A DNA stretch of 64,000 bases from an uncultured candidatus Porisulfidus sp. Its GTDB lineage: Bacteria; Pseudomonadota; Gammaproteobacteria; Poriferisulfidales; Poriferisulfidaceae. Under the pieces are notes generated by a model that saw only the letters and a program-made list of their open reading frames with translations, was not told where the DNA came from and ran no database searches. Shown piece by piece: positions 18,544 to 27,489 of this stretch (the first letter of the stretch is position 1; each line of letters opens with the position of its first letter). The stretch spans positions 800,001 through 864,000 of the forward strand of contig CBDASZ010000001.1 of NCBI GenBank assembly GCA_965199755.1, given 5' to 3'. The translations under genes were made by a program, and so were the position numbers.

Positions 18544-19196
18544 CATCGCAAGAATCCGGCGCGACACCTGCCCGTGAGCGACGCCGGGAACAGCTGGTGG
18601 CGCAGTTGCGTGAGCAAGGCATCCAGAATGAGCAGGTGCTGCAGGCCATGTTGCAAACGCCTCGGCATGATTTCGTCAGCGGTGCTGTGGCGCGTCGTGC
18701 TTATGAAGACAATGCGCTGCCGATTGGTTTTGAGCAGACCATTTCGCAGCCCTACATCGTGGCCTTAATGACGCAGGCGCTGCTCGGCGAAGAGCCTCTG
18801 CACAAAGTGTTGGAAATCGGCACCGGCTCCGGTTATCAAAGCGCCGTGCTGTCACACGTGGCGGAGCGCGTCTACAGTGTTGAGCGGATTCCGCAATTGC
18901 ATCGCAAGTCCGCACGGCTGCTGCATGATCTGGGTTACCGCAATGTCCTGACACGCAAGGGCGATGGGACGCGAGGCTGGAACTCCCAGGCTCCTTTTGA
19001 TGCGATCATGGTGACGGCAGCCGCGGCCGTCTTTCCTGAAACACTCGCCCAGCAACTGCGCGTCGGGGGCCGCATGGTCATCCCGGAAGGATACAACGAA
19101 CAGACGCAAATACTGGTGCGCTACATCCAGACCGATTCCGGGCTGGCGCGCGAAGAAATGCTCCCGGTCTGCTTCGTGCCGCTGGTTGGCGACTGA
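18540..19196 (+). CDS. pcm: Protein-L-isoaspartate O-methyltransferase
   Basis: 'QTISQPYIVA', 'VLEIGTGSGYQ', 'APFDAI.VTAA', 'FVPL'; follows surE. Confidence 0.94.
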   Translation: MTSQESGATPARERRREQLVAQLREQGIQNEQVLQAMLQTPRHDFVSGAVARRAYEDNALPIGFEQTISQPYIVALMTQALLGEEPLHKVLEIGTGSGYQSAVLSHVAERVYSVERIPQLHRKSARLLHDLGYRNVLTRKGDGTRGWNSQAPFDAIMVTAAAAVFPETLAQQLRVGGRMVIPEGYNEQTQILVRYIQTDSGLAREEMLPVCFVPLVGD

Positions 19197-19198
19197 AC

Positions 19199-19777
19199 GT
19201 GATGCGCTTGTTTGGCCCGCTGTACGATTGGACACTGGCCGCCGCCGCGCGCCCGCGTGCGCCGCAGGTTCTGGGGGTGGTGAGTTTCGCGGAAGCGATT
19301 ATTTTCCCGATTCCGGTTGACGTGATGCTTGCACCCATGGTCATCAGCCGTCCACATCGCTGGGTGCGCTACGCTGTCATTGCCGCAGTCACTTCCGTCG
19401 CAGGCGGTATTTTCGGCTATATGCTGGGTGCTATGGCCTATGACGTCAGCACCTCGTTTTTAATAGTTAGCGACAGCACGGCCCTTGAGGAAGCGAAAGG
19501 TCTGCTGTACAAATATGGATTCTGGGTGATTCTGGCGGCAGCATTCATGCCGATTCCGTACAAAGTATTCACCTTGGCTGCGGGATTTCTGGCAATGCCG
19601 TTCATCTTGTTTGTGATCGGCTCGATCGTTGGGCGAGGGGCGCGTTTCTTACTGGTCGCGGGAGTCGCCTATTGGCTAGGCACGCAATACGAGCAATGGA
19701 TTCGCAAACACATCGAACTGATTGGCTGGGTGCTGGTCGTCGCACTGGTGACACTGATATGGATACGACAACAGTGA
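19199..19777 (+). CDS. YqaA/DedA family membrane protein
   Basis: 'SFAE...FPIPVDVML', 'PIPYKVFT..AG', 'RGARF'. Confidence 0.88.
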   Translation: MMRLFGPLYDWTLAAAARPRAPQVLGVVSFAEAIIFPIPVDVMLAPMVISRPHRWVRYAVIAAVTSVAGGIFGYMLGAMAYDVSTSFLIVSDSTALEEAKGLLYKYGFWVILAAAFMPIPYKVFTLAAGFLAMPFILFVIGSIVGRGARFLLVAGVAYWLGTQYEQWIRKHIELIGWVLVVALVTLIWIRQQ

Positions 19778-20550
19778 GTGCGCGCTTCCTTAGGGTACTG
19801 CTGCTTGCTGTAACCGCGACATTCACCAGTGGCTGTGCGCCTGTCATTGATGCGTACGAAGAAATGTTTAAGCTATTCGAAGACGAGCCACCGAAAGTGT
19901 CCCAACGCTGTCAGGCGGTCACCACTCGCGAGGTGACCCACAAGATTCGTCGTGGTGAGACGCTTAGCGAAATTGGTCAGTGCTACCGGGTTCAGTGGTA
20001 TTACATTGCGCAGCGAAACAATATCTCCGACCCGAAAAGGGTCAAAGTCGGACAAAAGCTGGTTATTCCTGATCGGGCATGGATTGCAAGTTCCAAGAAG
20101 ACCGCGAAGCAGACCGCCTCCAAATCAAAGCCAGTGACACGGAAGCCTTATGTGAAACCGCCCACACGCACGCAAAGCGGACTGGAGTGGTCATGGCCGA
20201 CGCAAGGCAAGGTGACGCGCAAATTCAGCGCCAAAGGCTCTGGCAAGAAAGGTATCACCATCGCTGGAAAATCCGGGCAGGAAGTTCTGGCTGCCGCCAC
20301 CGGAGAGGTGGTCTACGCAGGGGAGGGGCTTACGGGCTATGGGCGCTTGCTAATCGTGCAGCATCCCAAGGATTTTCTGACCGCCTATGCGCACAATGAC
20401 GTGTTGCTGGTGCACGAGGGCGATCGGGTGGCGGGCGGACAGGTGATTGCGCACATGGGCAAGACCGCAGCGAAGTCCCCGCAGTTGCATTTCGAGGTGC
20501 GCTATCGCGGCAATCCTGTCGATCCGTTCAAATATCTGCCCAAGCGTTAG
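19759..20550 (+). CDS. nlpD: LysM/M23 lipoprotein NlpD
   Basis: Lipobox-like 'FTSGC', LysM 'IRRGETLSEI', M23 'W.WPT.G...YAHN...LHFEVRY.G.PVDP'. Confidence 0.88.
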   Translation: MDTTTVSARFLRVLLLAVTATFTSGCAPVIDAYEEMFKLFEDEPPKVSQRCQAVTTREVTHKIRRGETLSEIGQCYRVQWYYIAQRNNISDPKRVKVGQKLVIPDRAWIASSKKTAKQTASKSKPVTRKPYVKPPTRTQSGLEWSWPTQGKVTRKFSAKGSGKKGITIAGKSGQEVLAAATGEVVYAGEGLTGYGRLLIVQHPKDFLTAYAHNDVLLVHEGDRVAGGQVIAHMGKTAAKSPQLHFEVRYRGNPVDPFKYLPKR

Positions 20551-20918
20551 GCAGGCAGGATCATGCACGCGGCGACCGCGCGGCCGTCCTGAGACAAAAG
20601 ATTGTAGGTACGGCAGGCTGCCTGAGTGGTCATGACCTCAAAGCCAATGCCGCGGCCCAGTATCGCGCCATAGATTTCAACTTTCGGGCGATGCAAGTCC
20701 TGACCGGTTCCGAGTAGCACCAGTTCCGGGCGCTTGGTGAGAATGCGCTGGAAGTGAGACATGGCGATGACGTCTGCGGATTCTGCCCATGGCTGGATGC
20801 GCTCTCCCGGCAACAGCAGGAAACTTTCCGTCCAGTGTTCCCCATTGACGACAACGCCGTCGCTGCCGCAAGAGCGGATCATAAATTCGGCCGGGCTTCG
20901 GTCTTCCGCAAACTGCAT
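20547..20918 (-). CDS. Mth938-like (DUF498) protein
   Basis: 'PELVLLGTG', 'GFEVMTTQAACRTYNLL..DGR.V'. Confidence 0.88.
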   Translation of the reverse strand: MQFAEDRSPAEFMIRSCGSDGVVVNGEHWTESFLLLPGERIQPWAESADVIAMSHFQRILTKRPELVLLGTGQDLHRPKVEIYGAILGRGIGFEVMTTQAACRTYNLLSQDGRAVAACMILPA

Positions 20919-21021
20919 GGGCGTATAATGGCAGTGACGGCGCGATTTCTGCCATGTCGCAACATTATAGCCAGCCATCTCGTCATTCCCGTCACTTCAT
21001 TTCCGCTTCTGATCTCCGCTC

Positions 21022-22200
21022 GTGACTGAGGAATTTCAGCGCGTCTCGCGCCTTCCCCCTTACGTATTCAGCATCGTTAGCGATCTGCGCACGCAGGCGC
21101 GTCGGCGAGGCGAGGACGTTATTGACTTCGGCATGGGCAACCCGGACCAGCCGACTCCGCAACACATCGTTGACAAGTTGTGTGAGACCGTGACTCGCGG
21201 AGACACCCATCGCTACTCGGCATCCCGCGGCATTCCTCGCCTGCGTCAAGCGATCGCCAACTGGTACCAGCGCAAGTTCGACGTGGAGATTGACCCGGAG
21301 ACCGAAGCGATTGTGACCATGGGATCGAAAGAGGGTCTGGCGCATCTGGCACTTGCTGTACTGGCTCCGGGCGATACCGCTGTGGTGCCGAATCCGGCGT
21401 ATCCCATCCATCCGTACAGTTGCGTGATTGCCGGTGCTGAACTGAATTATGTGGCAATGGACTCGGAAGAGGAATTTCTACTGTCACTGAAGAAAACCAT
21501 CGAAAATTGCTGGCCGCGTCCGAAGATGCTGCTGCTGAATTTCCCCTGCAATCCGACTGGACATTGTGTCGAGTTGAACTTTTACAACCAAGTAGTTGAG
21601 ATTGCCAAGGAATACAAGATATGGGTTGTGCAGGATATTGCCTATGCTGAACTAACTTTTGATGGTTATAGGGTGCCATCGATTTTGCAGGCGAAAGGAG
21701 CCAAGGATGTGGCAGTCGAGTTCTACACGCTCTCGAAGTCCTACAACATGCCCGGCTGGCGAGTGGGCTTCATGTGCGGCAATGCGCGTCTGGTCAGTGC
21801 TCTGGCGCGAGTCAAGTCGTATGTCGATTACGGATTATTTACGCCGATTCAGGTCGCGGCCATCGCCGCACTGGACGGGCCACAGGACTGTGTTGAGGGG
21901 ATCCGCCAGTTGTACGAACAACGTCGGGATGTGCTGTGTGACGGTCTCAATGCGATGGGCTGGGAGGTGGAGAAACCTTCCGCCACCATGTTCGTCTGGG
22001 CGCCGATTCCGCCTGCTTATCAGGACGTGGGCTCGCTGGAGTTCAGCAAGTTGCTGCTCAAGCAAGCCAAGGTCGCGGTTTCTCCCGGCATTGGATTCGG
22101 GCAAAATGGGGATCGGCACGTGCGCATCAGCCTGATCGAGAATCCGCATCGCATCCGACAGGCACTGCGCAGTATTAAAGCGATGATGCGGGAGGCCTGA
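21022..22200 (+). CDS. alaC: Alanine transaminase (PLP class I/II)
   Basis: 'RLPPYVF', 'DFGMGNPD', '[11 protein letters not shown]', '[14 protein letters not shown]'; upstream of hom. Confidence 0.9.
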   Translation: MTEEFQRVSRLPPYVFSIVSDLRTQARRRGEDVIDFGMGNPDQPTPQHIVDKLCETVTRGDTHRYSASRGIPRLRQAIANWYQRKFDVEIDPETEAIVTMGSKEGLAHLALAVLAPGDTAVVPNPAYPIHPYSCVIAGAELNYVAMDSEEEFLLSLKKTIENCWPRPKMLLLNFPCNPTGHCVELNFYNQVVEIAKEYKIWVVQDIAYAELTFDGYRVPSILQAKGAKDVAVEFYTLSKSYNMPGWRVGFMCGNARLVSALARVKSYVDYGLFTPIQVAAIAALDGPQDCVEGIRQLYEQRRDVLCDGLNAMGWEVEKPSATMFVWAPIPPAYQDVGSLEFSKLLLKQAKVAVSPGIGFGQNGDRHVRISLIENPHRIRQALRSIKAMMREA

Positions 22201-23522
22201 TGGGAAACAGCGTCATACGGGTAGGGTTACTGGGCCTGGGTTGCGTCGGCAGCGGCGTGATTCGCGCCTTGTTGCGCAATCAGGAAGAGATCGAACGCCG
22301 CGCGGGCTGTCAGCTACAGATTATCGCTGCCTGTGCGCGGGACCTCAGCAAAGCGCGCGACTGCGCCGCTGAAGGGATCCGCATGACGCAGGACCCGTAC
22401 GACGTGGTGGACGACCCGGATGTGGATGTACTGATCGAATTGATGGGTGGCATTGAGCCGGCACGCTCTTTGATTCTGCGCGCTATCGCGCAAGGCAAGC
22501 CGATCATCACCGCGAACAAACATCTGATCGCGTTGCACGGCAGTGAGATTTTCGCCGCCGCCGAAGAGAAGGGTGTTAATGTTGCTTTTGAGGCCGCGGT
22601 CGCTGGCAGCATTCCGATCATCAAGAACCTTCGCGAAAGCCTCAGCGGCAACCGCATCGCCTGGGTCGCCGGCATTATCAATGGCACTGGCAACTACATT
22701 TTGAGCGCCATGGAAAAAGAAGGGCGGCCTTTTGATGAGGTGCTGGCGGATGCTCAGCGTCTGGGCTACGCGGAAGCGGATCCGACCTTCGACGTGGACG
22801 GTACGGACGCCGCGCACAAATTGACGATCCTCGCCTCCATTGCTTTTGGTATCCCACTGTCATTCGAGCAGGTCTATCGGGAAGGCATCGACAGCATCAG
22901 CGCCGACAACATCGCTGAGGCGCAAGAGTTGGGATACCGGATCAAGCATCTCGGCATTGCCAAGCGCACCGAGCAGGGGATTGAGCTGCGCGTGCACCCG
23001 GCGCTGATTCCGCATCGTCGTTTGATTGCCAATGTCGCCGGCGTCATGAATGCGGTGGTGGTGAAAGCGGATGCGGCAGGGGCGCACTTGTACTATGGGG
23101 CCGGCGCGGGCGGTGATCCGACTGCCTCGGCTGTGATCGCAGATCTGGTTGACGTGGTGCGCACACTCACTACCGATGCTGAGAACCGCGTGCCGCATCT
23201 GGCTTATCAGCCGCACGCCTTGTCAGACTTGCCGATTCTTTCCATGGAAGCAGTGGAGACGGCTTGTTATCTGAAGCTGCAAGCCCGCGACCGTCCAGGT
23301 GTCCTGTCCGCGGTCACGCGCATTCTGGGAGATCTTGAGATCAGCATTGAGGCCATTCAGCAACGCCAGCCTGTCAATGGCGATGTGGAGCAAGGCGTGC
23401 CTGTCATCCTGCTGACGCATGCCGTGCCGGAGTCACGAATCAATCAGGCGATTGCTAACATAGAAGCATTGGATGATGTGTTGACACAAGTACAGCGCAT
23501 CCGTATTGAAACGTTGGGGTGA
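22200..23522 (+). CDS. hom: Homoserine dehydrogenase (C-terminal ACT domain)
   Basis: 'GLG.VG', 'TANK', 'FEAAVAG', 'INGT.NYIL', '[11 protein letters not shown]', ACT 'DRPGVL'. Confidence 0.95.
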   Translation: MGNSVIRVGLLGLGCVGSGVIRALLRNQEEIERRAGCQLQIIAACARDLSKARDCAAEGIRMTQDPYDVVDDPDVDVLIELMGGIEPARSLILRAIAQGKPIITANKHLIALHGSEIFAAAEEKGVNVAFEAAVAGSIPIIKNLRESLSGNRIAWVAGIINGTGNYILSAMEKEGRPFDEVLADAQRLGYAEADPTFDVDGTDAAHKLTILASIAFGIPLSFEQVYREGIDSISADNIAEAQELGYRIKHLGIAKRTEQGIELRVHPALIPHRRLIANVAGVMNAVVVKADAAGAHLYYGAGAGGDPTASAVIADLVDVVRTLTTDAENRVPHLAYQPHALSDLPILSMEAVETACYLKLQARDRPGVLSAVTRILGDLEISIEAIQQRQPVNGDVEQGVPVILLTHAVPESRINQAIANIEALDDVLTQVQRIRIETLG

Positions 23523-24649
23523 TGATGGCGCATTACACAGGACTGATTGATCGTTATCGGGAGTTTCTGCCCATCGCGCCAGGGACACGCGCCGTCAGTT
23601 TGTGCGAGGGGGACACCCCGCTGATCGAATTGCGACACCTGCCGGAGGATTGGGACAGCCGATGCCGGGTACTGGTCAAATTCGAAGGTCTGAATCCGAC
23701 TGGCTCTTTCAAGGACCGGGGTATGACGGTCGCGGTGACGCGCGCCTGCGAAGAGGGCAGTCAAGCGGTCATTTGCGCCTCGACCGGAAACACCTCCGCT
23801 TCAGCCGCCGCGTATGCGAAACGCGCGGGCATGACCTGCTTTGTCTTGATCCCGGAGGGCAATGTCGCCATGGGCAAGATCGCTCAGGCGATCATTTATG
23901 ACGCGACCATCCTGCAGATTCAGGGGAACTTTGATGACGGCATGCACCTAGTGTGTGCGATATCCGAAGAAATGCCAGTCACGCTGGTCAACTCCGTCAA
24001 CCCGTATCGGCTGCAAGGGCAGAAGACTGGCGCGTTTGAGGTGGTTGAGGCGCTGGGATGCGCGCCGGATTATCATTATTTGCCGGTTGGCAATGCGGGC
24101 AATATTTCCGCCTACTGGATTGGTTACAGTGAATTGGCCGGGTGCCACAAGCCGGCTAGCGGTGCCTGTGCTTTTTGCGAAGGGAGTTGCGCTTTTTCAC
24201 CACCCGCGACCATTAGTTCACGACCCCGTATGGTTGGGTACCAGGCTGCGGGCGCGGCACCGTTCCAACACGACGGACCGGTCTCGAACCCGCAAACTTG
24301 CGCCACTGCCATTCGCATTGGCAACCCGCAAAGTTGGGATGCCGCTTGGGCCACGCAGCATGAATCTGATGGCTGGTTCGGTGCGTGTACAGATGAGGAG
24401 ATTCTGGACATGCAACGACAACTGGCTAGTCGGGAAGGCGTTTTTTGTGAGCCGGCCTCAGCCGCCTCAGTGGCAGGATTGAAACACGACATTCTCTCCG
24501 GCAAGATTGAAGACGGAGCAACCGTGGTCTGCACATTGACAGGGCACGGACTCAAGGACCCGAGTAGCGTCGGCGATCTGAAACTGGAAAGTGTGCCGGC
24601 GCAGTTGGAAAGTATTCGGGAGGCGGTTAGCCGCAAACTCGGCGTGTGA
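23519..24649 (+). CDS. thrC: Threonine synthase (short type) with Cys-rich insertion
   Basis: '[14 protein letters not shown]', '[10 protein letters not shown]', 'VNSVNPYR', 'PVGNAGN', 'EPASA', 'TGHGLKD'. Confidence 0.95.
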   Translation: MMMAHYTGLIDRYREFLPIAPGTRAVSLCEGDTPLIELRHLPEDWDSRCRVLVKFEGLNPTGSFKDRGMTVAVTRACEEGSQAVICASTGNTSASAAAYAKRAGMTCFVLIPEGNVAMGKIAQAIIYDATILQIQGNFDDGMHLVCAISEEMPVTLVNSVNPYRLQGQKTGAFEVVEALGCAPDYHYLPVGNAGNISAYWIGYSELAGCHKPASGACAFCEGSCAFSPPATISSRPRMVGYQAAGAAPFQHDGPVSNPQTCATAIRIGNPQSWDAAWATQHESDGWFGACTDEEILDMQRQLASREGVFCEPASAASVAGLKHDILSGKIEDGATVVCTLTGHGLKDPSSVGDLKLESVPAQLESIREAVSRKLGV

Positions 24650-24660
24650 CGGTTGCGCGC

Positions 24661-26064
24661 CTAAATCTCGCGCGCCAGTTTCTCCGCACAACCGATGTAG
24701 TCGCGAGGCTCCATGGCAAGCAGACGCTCTCGAACCTCTTGTGGCATCTCCTCAAGCCCCGCGATAAATTCCCTCAAACTCTCCAGCGTGATTTGCTGCC
24801 CGCGTGTGAACGCCTTCAGTTGTTCGTAGGGCGTCGGCAGTCCATAGCGTTTCATGACTGTCTGAATCGCTTCAGCCAGCACTTCCGGGCAGGCCGCTAG
24901 ATCCGCTTCCATACGCGCTGCATCCGGTTGCAACTTGTCCATTCCGCGCGCCAGCGCCATGTACGCATTGACGCAGCCCCCAAGCGTCGCACCCATATTG
25001 CGCAGCACCGTTGAGTCGCTCAAATCGCGCTGCAGACGCGAGATTGGCAACTTGTTTGCGTAATAGGCCAATTCGGATGAAGCCAGACCCAGATTGCCTT
25101 CAGCGTTTTCAAAGTCAATCGGGTTGACTTTATGCGGCATGGTTGAGGAGCCGACTTCGGAGTCCTTGGTGCGCTGGCGGAAATAAGTACTCGAAATGTA
25201 TTGCCAGACATCGCGCGCGAAATCGAGCAGCAGATTGTTGATGCGGATCAGCACATGGAAGAACTCGGCAAACTGGTCATACGGCTCAATCTGGGTTGTG
25301 TAGGCATTTGATTCCAGCCCCAGAGATTCCAGCACAGAACGAGAAAATGTTTCCCAATCGACATCGGGATAGGCTGCCAGATGCGCGTTGTAATTCCCGA
25401 CCGCGCCGTTCATCTTCGCCAGAAAGCGGGTCTCGCGCAATTGCTTTGTCTGTCGGCGCAATCGATTCAGGAAGACTGCCATTTCCTTGCCGAGTGTGGT
25501 CGGAGAAGCGGGTTGGCCGTGCGTGCGCGCCAGCATGGGCAGTGCGGCATAGTCGCGCGCCATGTTTTCGAGGCGCGTCTCGATCTCATCCAGCGCAGGC
25601 AGAATCACTTCCGTGCGCGCGCGCTCCAGCATCAAGGCGTAGGCAGGATGGTTGACGTCCCAAGAGGTGCAGGCGAAATGAATGAATCCCTCAAGCGGTG
25701 CCCACTGTTCATCAGCCTCCAGCTGCTTGCGCAGGTAGTATTCCAGAGCCTTGACGTCGTGGTTGGTTTGTTGCTCGATGTCCTTGACTTCCTGCGCCGA
25801 TTCAGGGCTGAAGCTATCAGGCAAGGCGCGCAGTCGGTCTGCGGCTTCTTTGGGGAGCGATGGGACTTCTGTGATTTCAGGATGCTCGGATAACGCAAGC
25901 AGCCAGTGGATCTGCAACTCCAGACGATGCCGAATCAATCCGTATTCGGAAAACAACTGGCGCAGGCGATCTCCCGTATTCGCGTGATAGCGACCATCTA
26001 CCGGAGACAGCGAGGTGAGGGGAGAGGGCTTCAAGTCAGGCGGGCAGGAAAGGGCATAATTCAT
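24661..26064 (-). CDS. purB: Adenylosuccinate lyase
   Basis: 'LSPVDGRY', 'TNHDVKA', 'RTHGQPASPTT', 'GSSTMPHKVNPIDFEN'. Confidence 0.95.
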   Translation of the reverse strand: MNYALSCPPDLKPSPLTSLSPVDGRYHANTGDRLRQLFSEYGLIRHRLELQIHWLLALSEHPEITEVPSLPKEAADRLRALPDSFSPESAQEVKDIEQQTNHDVKALEYYLRKQLEADEQWAPLEGFIHFACTSWDVNHPAYALMLERARTEVILPALDEIETRLENMARDYAALPMLARTHGQPASPTTLGKEMAVFLNRLRRQTKQLRETRFLAKMNGAVGNYNAHLAAYPDVDWETFSRSVLESLGLESNAYTTQIEPYDQFAEFFHVLIRINNLLLDFARDVWQYISSTYFRQRTKDSEVGSSTMPHKVNPIDFENAEGNLGLASSELAYYANKLPISRLQRDLSDSTVLRNMGATLGGCVNAYMALARGMDKLQPDAARMEADLAACPEVLAEAIQTVMKRYGLPTPYEQLKAFTRGQQITLESLREFIAGLEEMPQEVRERLLAMEPRDYIGCAEKLAREI

Positions 26065-26117
26065 TATACTAGCCGACGGCTTTTCAAGCGCGCATATCAG
26101 CAACAGCAACACACGCC

Positions 26118-27488
26118 ATGGCGGAGTTTCGCACCGAAAAAGACAGCATGGGCGAGGTACAGGTGCCTAGCGATGCCATGTATGGTGCACAAACCCAGCG
26201 TGCGGTAGAGAACTTTCCAGTCAGTGGCTTGCGCATGCCGCGCGAGTTCCTGCGCGGCCTTGGCTTAGTCAAGCGAGCCTGCGCCGAAGCCAACGCTTCC
26301 TTGCAACTGCTGGATGCGGAGAAGGCGGAAGCGATTGCTGCCGCCGCACAGCAAGTCGCCGATGGAGCGCATGACGCGCAATTTCCGGTGGACGTGTTTC
26401 AGACCGGCTCCGGCACTAGTTCCAACATGAATGCCAATGAGGTGATTGCGCGTCTCGCTGGAGACACCATCCATCCGAACGATCACGTCAACATGAGTCA
26501 AAGCTCCAATGATGTGATTCCGACCACCATTCATGTCAGCGCCGCATTGGCTGTGCATCAGCAATTGTTGCAGGCTCTGGATCATTTGCATCAAGTGCTG
26601 TCAGACAAGGCCGCCAATCTGGATGCCGAGGTTAAAACCGGACGCACCCATCTGATGGATGCCATGCCAGTACGTCTGTCACAGGAAGTTAGTGCATGGG
26701 CAAGCCAGATTGATTACGGGCGGGCGCGCATTCGCAGCGTCCTGCCACGCCTGCATGAGGTGGCGCAAGGTGGAACCGCCGTTGGTAGCGGCATTAATGC
26801 GCCAGAAGGCTTCGCTGAGGCCTTTGTGGTCTCGCTGCAACAACTTACCGGTATTGAGTTTCAATCCAAACCCGACAAGTTCGAGGCGCTGGCGGCCCAA
26901 GACACTGCGGTTGAACTGAGTGGACAGTTGCGTACGCTCGCAGTCAGCCTGATGAAAATTGCCAATGATCTGCGCTGGATGAACTCCGGGCCGTTGTCTG
27001 GACTCGGTGAAATTGCTTTGCCTGCATTGCAGCCGGGCAGCAGCATCATGCCGGGCAAGGTCAATCCGGTTATCCCGGAGGCGACCACCATGGCGGCCGC
27101 GCAGGTGATGGGAAATGACGCGACTATCGCCGTGGCCGGTCAATCCGGCAATTTCCAGCTTAATGTCATGCTTCCAGTGATTGCCTATAATTTATTGCAA
27201 AGTATTGACATTCTTGCAAATGTTTCTTGTCTGCTGGCCGATCGCGCCGTTTCAGGCTTTCAGGTCAATGAAGAAACGCTGCGTGGCGGGCTTGCCCGCA
27301 ACCCCATTCTGGTGACTGCGCTGAATACGGTGATCGGCTACGAAGCGGGTGCGGCCATTGCCAAGCAGGCATACGCCGAAGGGCGGCCAGTGCTGGAAGT
27401 GGCCTGCGAACAGACCGATATCCCCGAAGAAGAATTGCGTCGTTTGCTCGATGCCGCCGTATTGACGCGCGGCGGTATCCAGTCCTGA
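26118..27488 (+). CDS. fumC: Class II fumarate hydratase
   Basis: 'R.EKDSMG', 'QTGSGTSSNMN.NEV', 'GRTHLMDA', 'PGSSIMPGKVNP'. Confidence 0.95.
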   Translation: MAEFRTEKDSMGEVQVPSDAMYGAQTQRAVENFPVSGLRMPREFLRGLGLVKRACAEANASLQLLDAEKAEAIAAAAQQVADGAHDAQFPVDVFQTGSGTSSNMNANEVIARLAGDTIHPNDHVNMSQSSNDVIPTTIHVSAALAVHQQLLQALDHLHQVLSDKAANLDAEVKTGRTHLMDAMPVRLSQEVSAWASQIDYGRARIRSVLPRLHEVAQGGTAVGSGINAPEGFAEAFVVSLQQLTGIEFQSKPDKFEALAAQDTAVELSGQLRTLAVSLMKIANDLRWMNSGPLSGLGEIALPALQPGSSIMPGKVNPVIPEATTMAAAQVMGNDATIAVAGQSGNFQLNVMLPVIAYNLLQSIDILANVSCLLADRAVSGFQVNEETLRGGLARNPILVTALNTVIGYEAGAAIAKQAYAEGRPVLEVACEQTDIPEEELRRLLDAAVLTRGGIQS

Positions 27489-27489
27489 A

